Shown here piece after piece: positions 16,281 to 24,670 of a stretch of DNA of 25,675 nt. The position numbers and the translations under genes are program-made. The notes under the pieces were generated by a model that saw nothing but the letters and a program-made list of their open reading frames with translations, did not search any database and was not told where the DNA came from. The stretch is taken from assembly GCA_046725675.1 (NCBI GenBank), contig JBKOZA010000578.1, forward strand, positions 1 to 25,675, in the 5' to 3' direction. The number at the start of each line of letters is the position of its first letter. Position 1 is the stretch's first letter. Source of the stretch: Candidatus Methylomirabilota bacterium (GTDB taxonomy: Bacteria > Methylomirabilota > Methylomirabilia > Rokubacteriales > CSP1-6).

Positions 16281-17588
16281 TCACACGGCCGGCACGCCGC
16301 CCAGCACGTCTCGACTGAGCTCGGCGTGCTTGGCCCAGCCGCGACGGAGCTCGGCCGTGGCCTCGATCCAGTTGGCCTCTTGCGGCAGCACGACGCCCCC
16401 CGAGCGCACAGCGTAGACCTCGGGGTTGTCGACGCCGGGCGGGACCTGACCGCGGTCACGGAGCGCCTTGGCCGCGTCGATGAGCCTCTTGCGGGTGCGG
16501 ATGACCATCGCGTCGCTGGTGCCGAGCCGCTCCTGCGTACGATCGAAGATCGGCCCCATGCTCTCGGTGGCCGCCTGATCCTGCAGGAAGATGCTGCCGA
16601 TGCCCGTGAAGCTGTCGCGCTTCTGCAGCGCGCGGTCGATCAGGTAGTCGTTGCCCGCGTTGGCGACGGCGCGGAAGCGACCGTACCAGTCGGTGGTATT
16701 GGGCAGCGTCTCCACCGGCGTCACGGTCTGGCGTCCAGCCTTGGCCGTCCCCCGCGGCAGCCGACCGATGGTGATCGCCAGCGTGTGCTCGTCGTCCATC
16801 GGCACCCAGCAGCGCGCACGCACCTCCAGCCCGAGGACGCCGGTGGGCACCATGGCCCAGAACGGAAACAGGAAGTTGGCGATGCGCCAGTAGCTCGTGC
16901 CCGGCTCGGCCGGACGGCAGGCTCCGTACATGACCCCGGAGTCCGTTTCGACCACCTCGTACTTCGGCGCCCGGCGGCCGAGGGCGTAGCGGGCCCAGGT
17001 GCCGGGCGCCGCATCGTCGGCCTGCACCGCGCCCAGGTGCAGGAAGACCGTGTGGCCGGTGTCGATGTCACCCTCGAGCGCCTGCATCCAGTTGCACTCG
17101 CGCTGGTAGACCTGCACGCCGCCCTCGGGCGTCATGTTGGCCTCCAGCTCCGGCAGCGGCGGCGGCGTGGCCCGCGGGCCGAGATAGGCCCACACGAGTC
17201 CGCCCCGCTCGAGGCACGGATAGGCGACCGCGCGCACCTTGTGCTTGAACTCGCTCTCGGCCGGCTCGCTCGGCATTTCTATGCAGCGGCCGGTCACGTC
17301 GAATTTCCAGCCGTGGTACACGCAGCGCAGCCCCTCGTCCTCGTTGCGACCGTAGAAGAGGCTGGTACCCCGATGCGGGCAGTGGTTCTGGATCAACCCG
17401 ACGGCCCCGGAGGTCGTCCGGAAGGCGATGAGGTTTTCGCCGAGCAGTCGGATGCGCAGCGGCGGCCCCTCGCGCTCGGGCAGCTCGCTCGACAGCGCCG
17501 CCGGGATCCAGTACTGACGCATGAGGTGGCCCATCGGCGTGCCCGGCCCGACGCGGCACAGCAGCTCGTTGTCCTCACGGCTGAGCAT
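16281..17588 (-). CDS. Rieske non-heme iron oxygenase alpha subunit (phthalate 4,5-dioxygenase/LigXa family)
   Basis: MLSREDNELLCRVGPGTPMGHLMRQYW N-terminus, Rieske CPH...CVYH, mononuclear Fe motif EGDIDTGHTVFLH...QD, C-terminal E.LGTSD. GGAGG SD. Confidence 0.92.
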   Translation of the reverse strand: MLSREDNELLCRVGPGTPMGHLMRQYWIPAALSSELPEREGPPLRIRLLGENLIAFRTTSGAVGLIQNHCPHRGTSLFYGRNEDEGLRCVYHGWKFDVTGRCIEMPSEPAESEFKHKVRAVAYPCLERGGLVWAYLGPRATPPPLPELEANMTPEGGVQVYQRECNWMQALEGDIDTGHTVFLHLGAVQADDAAPGTWARYALGRRAPKYEVVETDSGVMYGACRPAEPGTSYWRIANFLFPFWAMVPTGVLGLEVRARCWVPMDDEHTLAITIGRLPRGTAKAGRQTVTPVETLPNTTDWYGRFRAVANAGNDYLIDRALQKRDSFTGIGSIFLQDQAATESMGPIFDRTQERLGTSDAMVIRTRKRLIDAAKALRDRGQVPPGVDNPEVYAVRSGGVVLPQEANWIEATAELRRGWAKHAELSRDVLGGVPAV

Positions 17589-17612
17589 GGGCGGTCCCTC
17601 CAGGAACCGACC

Positions 17613-17637
17613 GTATCACAGTGCCGCGGTATGATAC
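17613..17637. promoter_or_regulatory. Inverted repeat overlapping back-to-back -10 boxes of the divergent Rieske genes
   Basis: GTATCA-N13-TGATAC. Plus-strand TATGAT at 17630-17635, and minus-strand extended -10 TGa-TACGGT near 17610-17618. Confidence 0.45.
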
Positions 17638-17653
17638 CGGGCGGGACGCGACG

Positions 17654-18877
17654 ATGCTCAGCGCCGAGGACAACGTCACCCTGACCCGCGTGGGCCGCGG
17701 CACGCCGCTGGGCGAGCTGATGCGGCGCTACTGGCAGCCGATCGCCGCGGTCGCCCAGCTGGACGAGCACCCCACGCGGCCCGTCCGCCTCATGGGCGAG
17801 GACCTCGTGCTCTACCGCGACACCGGGGGAGGGTACGGCCTCCTCGACCGCCACTGCGCCCACCGGCGCGCCGATCTCGCCTACGGGGTCGTCGAGGCGT
17901 GCGGGCTACGCTGCCACTACCACGGCTGGCTGTACGATGCGATCGGCCGCTGCCTGGAGCAGCCGTTCGAGGAGGCCGCGCGGCCGGAGGCGCGCTTCAA
18001 GGACAAGATCCGGCTCGCGGCCTACCCGGTCGAGGCCAAGGGGGGACTGCTGTGGGCCTACCTCGGGCCGCCGCCGCCGCCGCTGGTCCCCGACTGGGAT
18101 CTCTTTCATCAGCCCGGGTACAAGCAGATCGTGTTCTCCGAGATCCCCTGCAACTGGTTCCAGGGCCAGGAGAACTCGATCGACCCGGTCCACTTCGAGT
18201 GGCTGCACTCCAACTGGTCGGCCGCCCAGCGGGGCGACCGGTCGCGCGCGCCGCGCCACCTGAAGCTGGCGTTCGAGGAGTTCGAGTGGGGCTTCACCTA
18301 CCGGCGCGTGCGGGAAGACACCACGGAGGACGACGAGCTGTGGACGGTCGGGCGTGTGTGCCTGTGGCCCAACTGTCTCTACACCGGCAAGTTCGAATGG
18401 CGGGTGCCGGTCGACGACGAGCACACGCTGCACGTGGCGTGGTTCAACGACCCGGTGCCGGGGACGGCGCCGTTCGAGCAGGCGCGCATCCCGTACTGGT
18501 ACGGCCCGATCCGCCATCCCGAGACGGGGCGCTGGATCACCAGTCACATCATGAACCAGGACTTCGTGGCCTGGATCGGCCAGGGCGCGGTCGCCGACCG
18601 CACGAAGGAGCATCTCGGCGAGAGCGACCGCGGCGTCATCCTGCTGCGCCGGCGCATGCTGGAAGAGGCCGGCATCGTCGGCCGCGGCGGGGATCCCAAG
18701 GCGATCGTCCGCGACGCCGCCAAGAATCATCGCCTGCCACTACCGACGATTCGCGAGGGTCGGGGCGCGCCGCAGCGGCCGCCCGACGGGCCCCGCCCGA
18801 TGATCTTTCACGCCGGCCAGCCACCAGAGATCGTCGACGAGATGAAGCGCATCTGGGCCGAGCGCAGCGGAGGCTGA
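17654..18877 (+). CDS. ligXa: Rieske oxygenase, LigXa-like (5,5'-dehydrodivanillate O-demethylase oxygenase-like)
   Basis: RPVRLMGEDLVLY, CAHRRAD...CHYH, QGQENSIDPVHFEWLH, WITSHIMNQDFVAWIGQG, DPKAIVRD. These closely match my recollection of Sphingobium SYK-6 LigXa. The substrate is not proven. Confidence 0.8.
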   Translation: MLSAEDNVTLTRVGRGTPLGELMRRYWQPIAAVAQLDEHPTRPVRLMGEDLVLYRDTGGGYGLLDRHCAHRRADLAYGVVEACGLRCHYHGWLYDAIGRCLEQPFEEAARPEARFKDKIRLAAYPVEAKGGLLWAYLGPPPPPLVPDWDLFHQPGYKQIVFSEIPCNWFQGQENSIDPVHFEWLHSNWSAAQRGDRSRAPRHLKLAFEEFEWGFTYRRVREDTTEDDELWTVGRVCLWPNCLYTGKFEWRVPVDDEHTLHVAWFNDPVPGTAPFEQARIPYWYGPIRHPETGRWITSHIMNQDFVAWIGQGAVADRTKEHLGESDRGVILLRRRMLEEAGIVGRGGDPKAIVRDAAKNHRLPLPTIREGRGAPQRPPDGPRPMIFHAGQPPEIVDEMKRIWAERSGG

Positions 18878-18884
18878 CCCCGCC

Positions 18885-19838
18885 ATGGCCACTCTGGTCG
18901 GTGTCTTCGCAATGTCCCACAGCCCGTTCTGCTACATGCCCGCCGAGCGCTGGAACGACGTGCGGGTCTCCCGATCCCTGCGGGCCGACGTGCCCTTCGA
19001 CGACGTGGAGTCGAACCGGACGAAGGCGGCCCGCGTCGCGGCCGCGTTCGCCTCCCTGAAGGGCCGGCTGGCGGCGGCCGCCCCCGACGTCATCGTCGTC
19101 TTCGGCGACGATCAGCTCGAGTGCTTCGACTTCCGCAATTACCCGGCCTTCGCCATCTACGCCGGCGAGAAGTTCCACGGCAGCCTCGCCGGCGGCGGCA
19201 GCGCCGGGGTGCCCGGTCACCCGGGGCTGGCGGCGGCGCTGCTCACCGGGCTGCTGCATCGCGGCTTCGACCCGGCGTTCTCGCTCGACATGCCGAAGCC
19301 CGACCGTGGCATCGGCCATGCCTTCCTGCGTCCCGCCGAGTCGCTCACCGACTTCGGCACGCCGATCGTGCCGGTGCTGCTCAACTGCTACTACGCGCCG
19401 CAGCCGACGGCGACGCGCTGCTACCAGCTCGGCGTGGCCGTGCGCGAGATCATCGACGCGCACCCGGGCGACCTGCGCGTCGCCGTCGTCGGCTCCGGGG
19501 GTCTCTGGCACACCCCACGGGCGAAGGACGCGTATCTCGACGAGACATTCGATCGAGCTATCCTGAGCTTCATGACGGCCGGCGACGCCCGCGGCATGGC
19601 GCGCTACTTCGACGACTACCGGATCCCCGCCGGCGACGCCAGCCAGCTGGTCGGCGCTCCGGGCCCGGGGACGACCGGGCTACCCGACACCGCGGGGCCG
19701 CGGGGAGGGACCCGGGAGACGTGCAACTGGGTCGCGGCCGCCGCCGTCGCCGCCGGCACCCCGGGTGCGGTTCTGGACTACGTGCCGATCTACGCGTCGC
19801 CGATCGGCGCCGCCTTCGCGGCCTGGGAGATCCGCTAG
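18885..19838 (+). CDS. Class III extradiol ring-cleavage dioxygenase (LigZ/DesZ-like)
   Basis: SHSP, GDDQLECF, GHAF, QPTATRCYQLG, VAVVGSGGLWH, GTRETCNW, LDYVPIY. 7 nt after the LigXa-like gene. Confidence 0.85.
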   Translation: MATLVGVFAMSHSPFCYMPAERWNDVRVSRSLRADVPFDDVESNRTKAARVAAAFASLKGRLAAAAPDVIVVFGDDQLECFDFRNYPAFAIYAGEKFHGSLAGGGSAGVPGHPGLAAALLTGLLHRGFDPAFSLDMPKPDRGIGHAFLRPAESLTDFGTPIVPVLLNCYYAPQPTATRCYQLGVAVREIIDAHPGDLRVAVVGSGGLWHTPRAKDAYLDETFDRAILSFMTAGDARGMARYFDDYRIPAGDASQLVGAPGPGTTGLPDTAGPRGGTRETCNWVAAAAVAAGTPGAVLDYVPIYASPIGAAFAAWEIR

Positions 19839-19844
19839 ACGCCG

Positions 19845-19862
19845 GCGCCGAGAGGGCGGCGC
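19845..19862. terminator. Short hairpin between convergent genes
   Basis: GCGCCG-AGAGGG-CGGCGC, 6-bp stem, no U-tract. Confidence 0.2.
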
Positions 19863-19863
19863 G

Positions 19864-22080
19864 TCAGCGCCAGCGCAGCCGCGTCACGATATTCGAGAAG
19901 TCGTCGGTCCAGGCCCGGACGCTCGCGTCAGCGACGAGACGCCTCCAGCGAGCGTCGCTCACCAGCTGACTCAGCGCACTCGACCGTCGCGCGACGACCG
20001 CCCACTGGGAGCCGACTCGCCCCCGCGCCTCGTCCGCCACGCCGATCTCGAAGTCGTCACGTTCGTACGCGACCAGCTCGAGATCACGGGCCAGCGCGGC
20101 GACGACGGGCCCGAGGTCGAGATACCGGTTGGAGATGTGCAGGCCGAGGATGCCGTCGTCGGTCAGCTTGGCCATGTAGAGCGCGATGGCCTCCCGGTTG
20201 AGCAGGTGCATGGGAATCGCATCGGAGCTGAACGCGTCGACGATGACGAGCCGATAGGACTTGTCGGCGGCGGCCGCGATCGACAGGCGACCGTCGCCGA
20301 GCACGACGGTCGTCGACGGGGAGCAGTCCCGCAAGAACGTGAACAGGCGAGCGTCGCGTGCGATCTTCAGGACCGTCGGGTCGATCTCGTAGAACGTCAC
20401 CGGCTGACCGGGCTTCGCGTAGCAGGCCAGCGATCCGGTTCCGAGGCCGATGATGGCCACGCCCGACGCCGGTCCGGCGGCACCGATCGCGCCGAAGATC
20501 GCCCCGGCCGGGCCGGCGCGGTGGAAGTAGAGGAGCGGCTCCAGACGATCGGGGCCCTCCTTGTGCTGAGCCCCGTGGATCGTCGTGCCGTGGTACAGGG
20601 CCCGGAGACGCTTGCCCTGGACGTCGGCCACTCGATAGACACCGAAGAAGCTGCGGTCGTGGTAGATCCCAGTCTTGCCCTCGACGTCCAGCGCACGCGG
20701 AACCACGAGGAACAGCATCGCCAGACCCAGCGCGAACCGTAGCGGGAAACGCCGGAACGCGAAGCAAACGATGGCCGGCACGCCGACGATCACGAGCATG
20801 GTGGCCAGGCTGTCCCGGGACGGCGTCACCCGGCCCAGCAGCGCGACCAGGCCGCCGAGGGCGACAGGCAGCGCAATGTCGACCCAGCGAGCCGACGTCG
20901 GTCCCTTGGCGATCCTGGGTGTCAGCAGGCAGCTGAGGACGAGCGCCACCCGATACTCGAGCAGCGTCGGGAACACCAGCGGAGCCACGATCGCCGTCAG
21001 CAGCCCGCCGACGGCCCCCCCCACCGAGATCCACAGATAGAACTCGGTCAGATGAGGCGTCGCGGGGCGACTGCCGGCGAGCGCTCCGTGACAGACCATC
21101 GCGACGACGAAGAATCCGAGGAGATGCAGGCTGATGATCAGCCAGAGCGGGCGCGTCGATTCCATCAGCATGACGGCGACCAGCGGCAGCACGACGATGG
21201 GCAGCGCCCTCACCATGAGCCAGTGCGGCAGGGGCGGCCGCCGTGCGAAGACCAGGACGAACGAGGTCACGTAGAGCGCGAGGGGCAGTACCCACAGCAG
21301 CGGGATGGGAGAGATGTCGCTCGTCAGATGCGTCGTCACCCCGAGCATCAGGCTGGACGGGGCGGCGGCGAGCGCGATCCAGCGCAGCCGACCGCGAAGG
21401 TCGAGCGACGCGCGCGTCTCGTCACCGCCGTCCGGATCGGGCGACGAGGCGGGCGCCGCCTGCGCGAGGCGGCGGGCGGCCAGCGCGCAGGCCAGGATCA
21501 GCAGCAGCAGCAGGGCATAGCCGGCGGTCCACAGAGTCCGCTGCGTGGACACGCGAAGCTGCGGCTCGATCACGGCCGGATAGGCCACGAGGGCGACCAG
21601 GCTGCCCGCGTTGCTGGCCGCATAGAGAAAGTACGGATCGTGGGCGAGCCGATGGTGCGTCAACGAGAACCAGCGCTGGAGCAGCGGGGCGGTCGCGGAG
21701 ACGACGAAGAATGGCAGACCGAGGGAGAGCGTGAGCGTCGTCAGCAGCCACGGGATAGGATTGTCGCTGACCGGGGGCGCCCCGGCGCGACGCAGGGCCA
21801 GCGGCAAGACGAGACAGCCGCCGAGAATGAACGCGAAATGGAGCAGCATCTGGGCGGGCAGGCGCAGGCGACTGGAGAGGAGATGGCTGTAGGCATAGCC
21901 GCCGAGCAGGACGATCTGAAAGAAGACCAGGCACGTGTTCCAGACGGCGGGAGCGCCGCCGAGCAGCGGCAGGACCATCTTCGCGAACAGTGGCTGAATG
22001 GAGAACAACAGGATCGCGCTCACGAAGAGGGTGACGCTGTAGAGGGTGACCAGACCGGCCGTCGTCGGAATCCGCCCCAT
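19864..22080 (-). CDS. Membrane-fused spermidine-synthase-like SAM-dependent transferase (fused MFS/spermidine synthase family)
   Basis: About 12-13 hydrophobic segments, then HGTTIHGAQ, IIGLGTGSLA, FYEIDP, GDGRL, VDAFSSDAIPMHLL, WTDDFSNI. ATG at 22080 preferred. Confidence 0.88.
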   Translation of the reverse strand: MGRIPTTAGLVTLYSVTLFVSAILLFSIQPLFAKMVLPLLGGAPAVWNTCLVFFQIVLLGGYAYSHLLSSRLRLPAQMLLHFAFILGGCLVLPLALRRAGAPPVSDNPIPWLLTTLTLSLGLPFFVVSATAPLLQRWFSLTHHRLAHDPYFLYAASNAGSLVALVAYPAVIEPQLRVSTQRTLWTAGYALLLLLILACALAARRLAQAAPASSPDPDGGDETRASLDLRGRLRWIALAAAPSSLMLGVTTHLTSDISPIPLLWVLPLALYVTSFVLVFARRPPLPHWLMVRALPIVVLPLVAVMLMESTRPLWLIISLHLLGFFVVAMVCHGALAGSRPATPHLTEFYLWISVGGAVGGLLTAIVAPLVFPTLLEYRVALVLSCLLTPRIAKGPTSARWVDIALPVALGGLVALLGRVTPSRDSLATMLVIVGVPAIVCFAFRRFPLRFALGLAMLFLVVPRALDVEGKTGIYHDRSFFGVYRVADVQGKRLRALYHGTTIHGAQHKEGPDRLEPLLYFHRAGPAGAIFGAIGAAGPASGVAIIGLGTGSLACYAKPGQPVTFYEIDPTVLKIARDARLFTFLRDCSPSTTVVLGDGRLSIAAAADKSYRLVIVDAFSSDAIPMHLLNREAIALYMAKLTDDGILGLHISNRYLDLGPVVAALARDLELVAYERDDFEIGVADEARGRVGSQWAVVARRSSALSQLVSDARWRRLVADASVRAWTDDFSNIVTRLRWR

Positions 22081-22204
22081 TCCCAGAGCGAGGATAGCGT
22101 GCCGCGCCGGCACCGCCCTACGATTATCTCGAGAATCGCCGCGATGGCGCGGTGCCGCCACGATCGGCCGCGTCTTGCCCTTCGGGTTTTCGGCGACCGC
22201 GGTG

Positions 22205-22210
22205 TACGAT
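22205..22210 (+). promoter_or_regulatory. -10 box positioned for a leaderless transcript of the lipoprotein gene
   Basis: TACGAT followed by 6 nt and then the ATG at 22217, with no SD. Confidence 0.4.
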
Positions 22211-22216
22211 GACGCG

Positions 22217-22900
22217 ATGGCGATTCACCGTGCGTGCTCGCTCGCCGCTCTCGCGGCCGCGGTCGGGATGCTGGCCGGATGTGCAGCCGGATCGTCGCCG
22301 CCGAGCCCGCCAGAGCAGACGGCGGCGCGTTCGACGTCCCCCGCTCCGATGGCGGCGCCCAAGTGGCAGGTCGGCGATCGCTGGCTCTACGAGTGGACCT
22401 TCGACAAGGAGAGCGGCACCAAGACCGTCGAGGTCGTCGACCTCCGCGAGGTCAACGGCGTGTCGTACTATGTCGTGCGCCTGAGCGGGCGGCCTGCGCA
22501 GACTGGAGACGACTCCGAACATTACTACACGGAGGCCCTCCACTGGGCGGCCGCCGTTCGCGACGGCAAGGTCGAAGCTCGCATGGTGCCGCCCCACCCC
22601 TGGTTCACGTGGCCGCTGGTCGCGGGAACGCGCTGGACCCATCAAGGCCGGTTCGAGCAGCGCGAGGGCACCGTGACGTTCGACGACCGGTTCGTCGTGA
22701 TGGGTCCCGAGCCCGTCGAGGTGCCGGCCGGACGTTACGAGGCGATCAGGCTCATTCGGCAGACGGACCGCCGCGACGCCGACGAGTACTGGTACGTGCC
22801 CGACGTCAGGTGGTACGCCCGCTGGGTGGGACGCCGCGGCGATAGTCAGTTCGAGGAGCGGTTGCGGGAATACCGTGCCGCCGCTTCACGGCCGCGTTGA
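22217..22900 (+). CDS. Hypothetical lipoprotein, beta-rich domain with VEVPAG motif
   Basis: Signal peptide with lipobox LAGC, Pro/Ser linker, then a Trp-rich domain (KWQVGDRWLYEW, WFTWPL, VEVPAGRYEAIRL, EYWYVP). Confidence 0.8.
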   Translation: MAIHRACSLAALAAAVGMLAGCAAGSSPPSPPEQTAARSTSPAPMAAPKWQVGDRWLYEWTFDKESGTKTVEVVDLREVNGVSYYVVRLSGRPAQTGDDSEHYYTEALHWAAAVRDGKVEARMVPPHPWFTWPLVAGTRWTHQGRFEQREGTVTFDDRFVVMGPEPVEVPAGRYEAIRLIRQTDRRDADEYWYVPDVRWYARWVGRRGDSQFEERLREYRAAASRPR

Positions 22901-22916
22901 CGCTCGCGCCGCCGGC

Positions 22917-23681
22917 TCAGCGCGGCTGCAGCGTGAGCAGCCCTCGGGTAGGATCGAGGGTTGTGGTGTAACGGGACAGGAACGTATTCCCGAGAATTCC
23001 CTGCATCCCGGGCAGTGGCAGCACGAACGCGATCACGTTCTGCGCTTCCATCTCCCCCACCCGGATGGAGGGAATCGTGACGCGCCGGCCCCACGTGCTG
23101 CCCGCCACGCCACGCACGAGCACCGGTGGCTCGCCGGGATCGGGCACGATGCCGAGCGTCTCGGCCAGCTCCGGGGTGATCGCGCACGCCGACGCCCCGG
23201 TATCGACGAGAAATGTCGACTGGTGCATGTCGTTCAGCGAGACTTCGACGAACCAGTTCCCGCCGCGGCGGCGGACCTGGACGGAGTCGGGGGGCAGCTG
23301 CACGCGGGGCGGCTTCGGCCGGGATGGGGTGGCGACGTCGGGTGGCGGCGCCGCCGCCCGCGGCCGCGTCAGGGGTTCCACGGCGCGCAGACCCTGTCTG
23401 ATCGAGGCCTCCAGCGCGGCCGGCGGCCGGAGCGCCAGGGCCTTCTGGTAGGCGGCCGCCGCCTCGGTCCAGCGGTGCAGGTGGGTCAACGCCACCGCGT
23501 GGTGGTAGTGAGTCTCCGGCTCCTCGGGTGCCGCCGTCACGGCCTGCCGGAACAAGCGTTCGGCGGTCGCATAGTCGCCGCGCGCATAGGCCGCCTTGCC
23601 GGCCTCGTTGAGCTGGGACCAGTCGGCCCCGGCACAGGAGAGGAATACGAAGGCGAGGACCAGCAGACGTCGGGTCGTCAT
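22917..23681 (-). CDS. Exported TPR-repeat + retropepsin-like (clan AA) aspartyl protease
   Basis: Signal peptide, TPR helices (GDYATAERLFRQA; WTEAAAAYQKALAL), Pro-rich linker, FLVDTGAS catalytic motif and GILGNTFL. Confidence 0.88.
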   Translation of the reverse strand: MTTRRLLVLAFVFLSCAGADWSQLNEAGKAAYARGDYATAERLFRQAVTAAPEEPETHYHHAVALTHLHRWTEAAAAYQKALALRPPAALEASIRQGLRAVEPLTRPRAAAPPPDVATPSRPKPPRVQLPPDSVQVRRRGGNWFVEVSLNDMHQSTFLVDTGASACAITPELAETLGIVPDPGEPPVLVRGVAGSTWGRRVTIPSIRVGEMEAQNVIAFVLPLPGMQGILGNTFLSRYTTTLDPTRGLLTLQPR

Positions 23682-24670
23682 GTGAAGCTCTTGAGCTCGC
23701 GGAAGGTGGGCAGCACGCGGAAGTCTTGCCGGAGGCGATCGATGGGCTCGCCCAGCTGATCGATGCGCTCCTCGGCGAGGTTGCCGAGAAAGCGGCCGGC
23801 CTCCGCGAGATAGCGGACCCGGCGAGGGTCGATGGTCATCAGCCGGGCCGCGGTGGCATCGACGGCCACGGGATCGGTCCCGAAGACGAGCGCGCCGCAG
23901 TGCCTGGCCTCACCCTGGATCGGCCCGTTGCCCTCCATCCCCACGATGCCGTCGACGATGGCGAAGCGCGGCACCGGCAACGTGCTGTTGATGTCCACGA
24001 TGCTCTCGTGGATGCCCGCCCAGTGCAGCACGTTCTTCGGCCAGCCGTAGATCGACCCCGGGATGCAGCCGAACATGTTCTTGAGCGAGAGCGTCACCCC
24101 GGCCCAGTGGTGCGTCTTGAGCTTCGGCATGGAGACGAGAAGGTCCGCCTCCAGCAGCGTGTCGGGCAGGTACAGGTGCCCGAGCCGCGTGTAGTGGCTT
24201 TGGACAGCCACCGCCCGCGCATCGTCGTTGTTGAGGTCGACGTAGCGCGTGCGGTGCTCCCGCAGGACGTCGTGTAGCCCGGTGGCGATGAGCAGGTGCT
24301 CGGTATCGCGGTAGTGGCCGGGTCCCTCGGCGACGACGACCCGCTGGGCGCCCGCGCGTCGGAACGCCTCGATGGCGGCGGCCACCAGCGCCGGGTGCGT
24401 GTTCACCACGCCGTTAGGGTCGTACTCGACGAAGTTCGGCTTCAGCAGCACTCGCTTGCCGGCCAGCGGCAAACGAAACAGGTGCAGCCCTCGCAGCACG
24501 ACCTCGACGAGGTCGGCGTCGTACGCGTGGGCGGACAGGATGGCCACCCGTGACCGCGGCGCCTGCCGGACAGCACCGCGTTCCCAGCGCGGCGCCTCCG
24601 TGCAGCCGGGCAGCGCCGAGGCAGCACCGGCCGCCAGCGCGCCCAGGAATGTGCGCCGGTCGAGGCTCAC
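23678..24670 (-). CDS. DUF362-domain protein with Tat signal
   Basis: GTG start, DRRTFL twin-arginine motif, VLLKPN, PKLKTHHWAGVTLSLKNMFG, DGIVGMEGNGP, DPVAVD. Confidence 0.88.
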   Translation of the reverse strand: MSLDRRTFLGALAAGAASALPGCTEAPRWERGAVRQAPRSRVAILSAHAYDADLVEVVLRGLHLFRLPLAGKRVLLKPNFVEYDPNGVVNTHPALVAAAIEAFRRAGAQRVVVAEGPGHYRDTEHLLIATGLHDVLREHRTRYVDLNNDDARAVAVQSHYTRLGHLYLPDTLLEADLLVSMPKLKTHHWAGVTLSLKNMFGCIPGSIYGWPKNVLHWAGIHESIVDINSTLPVPRFAIVDGIVGMEGNGPIQGEARHCGALVFGTDPVAVDATAARLMTIDPRRVRYLAEAGRFLGNLAEERIDQLGEPIDRLRQDFRVLPTFRELKSFT

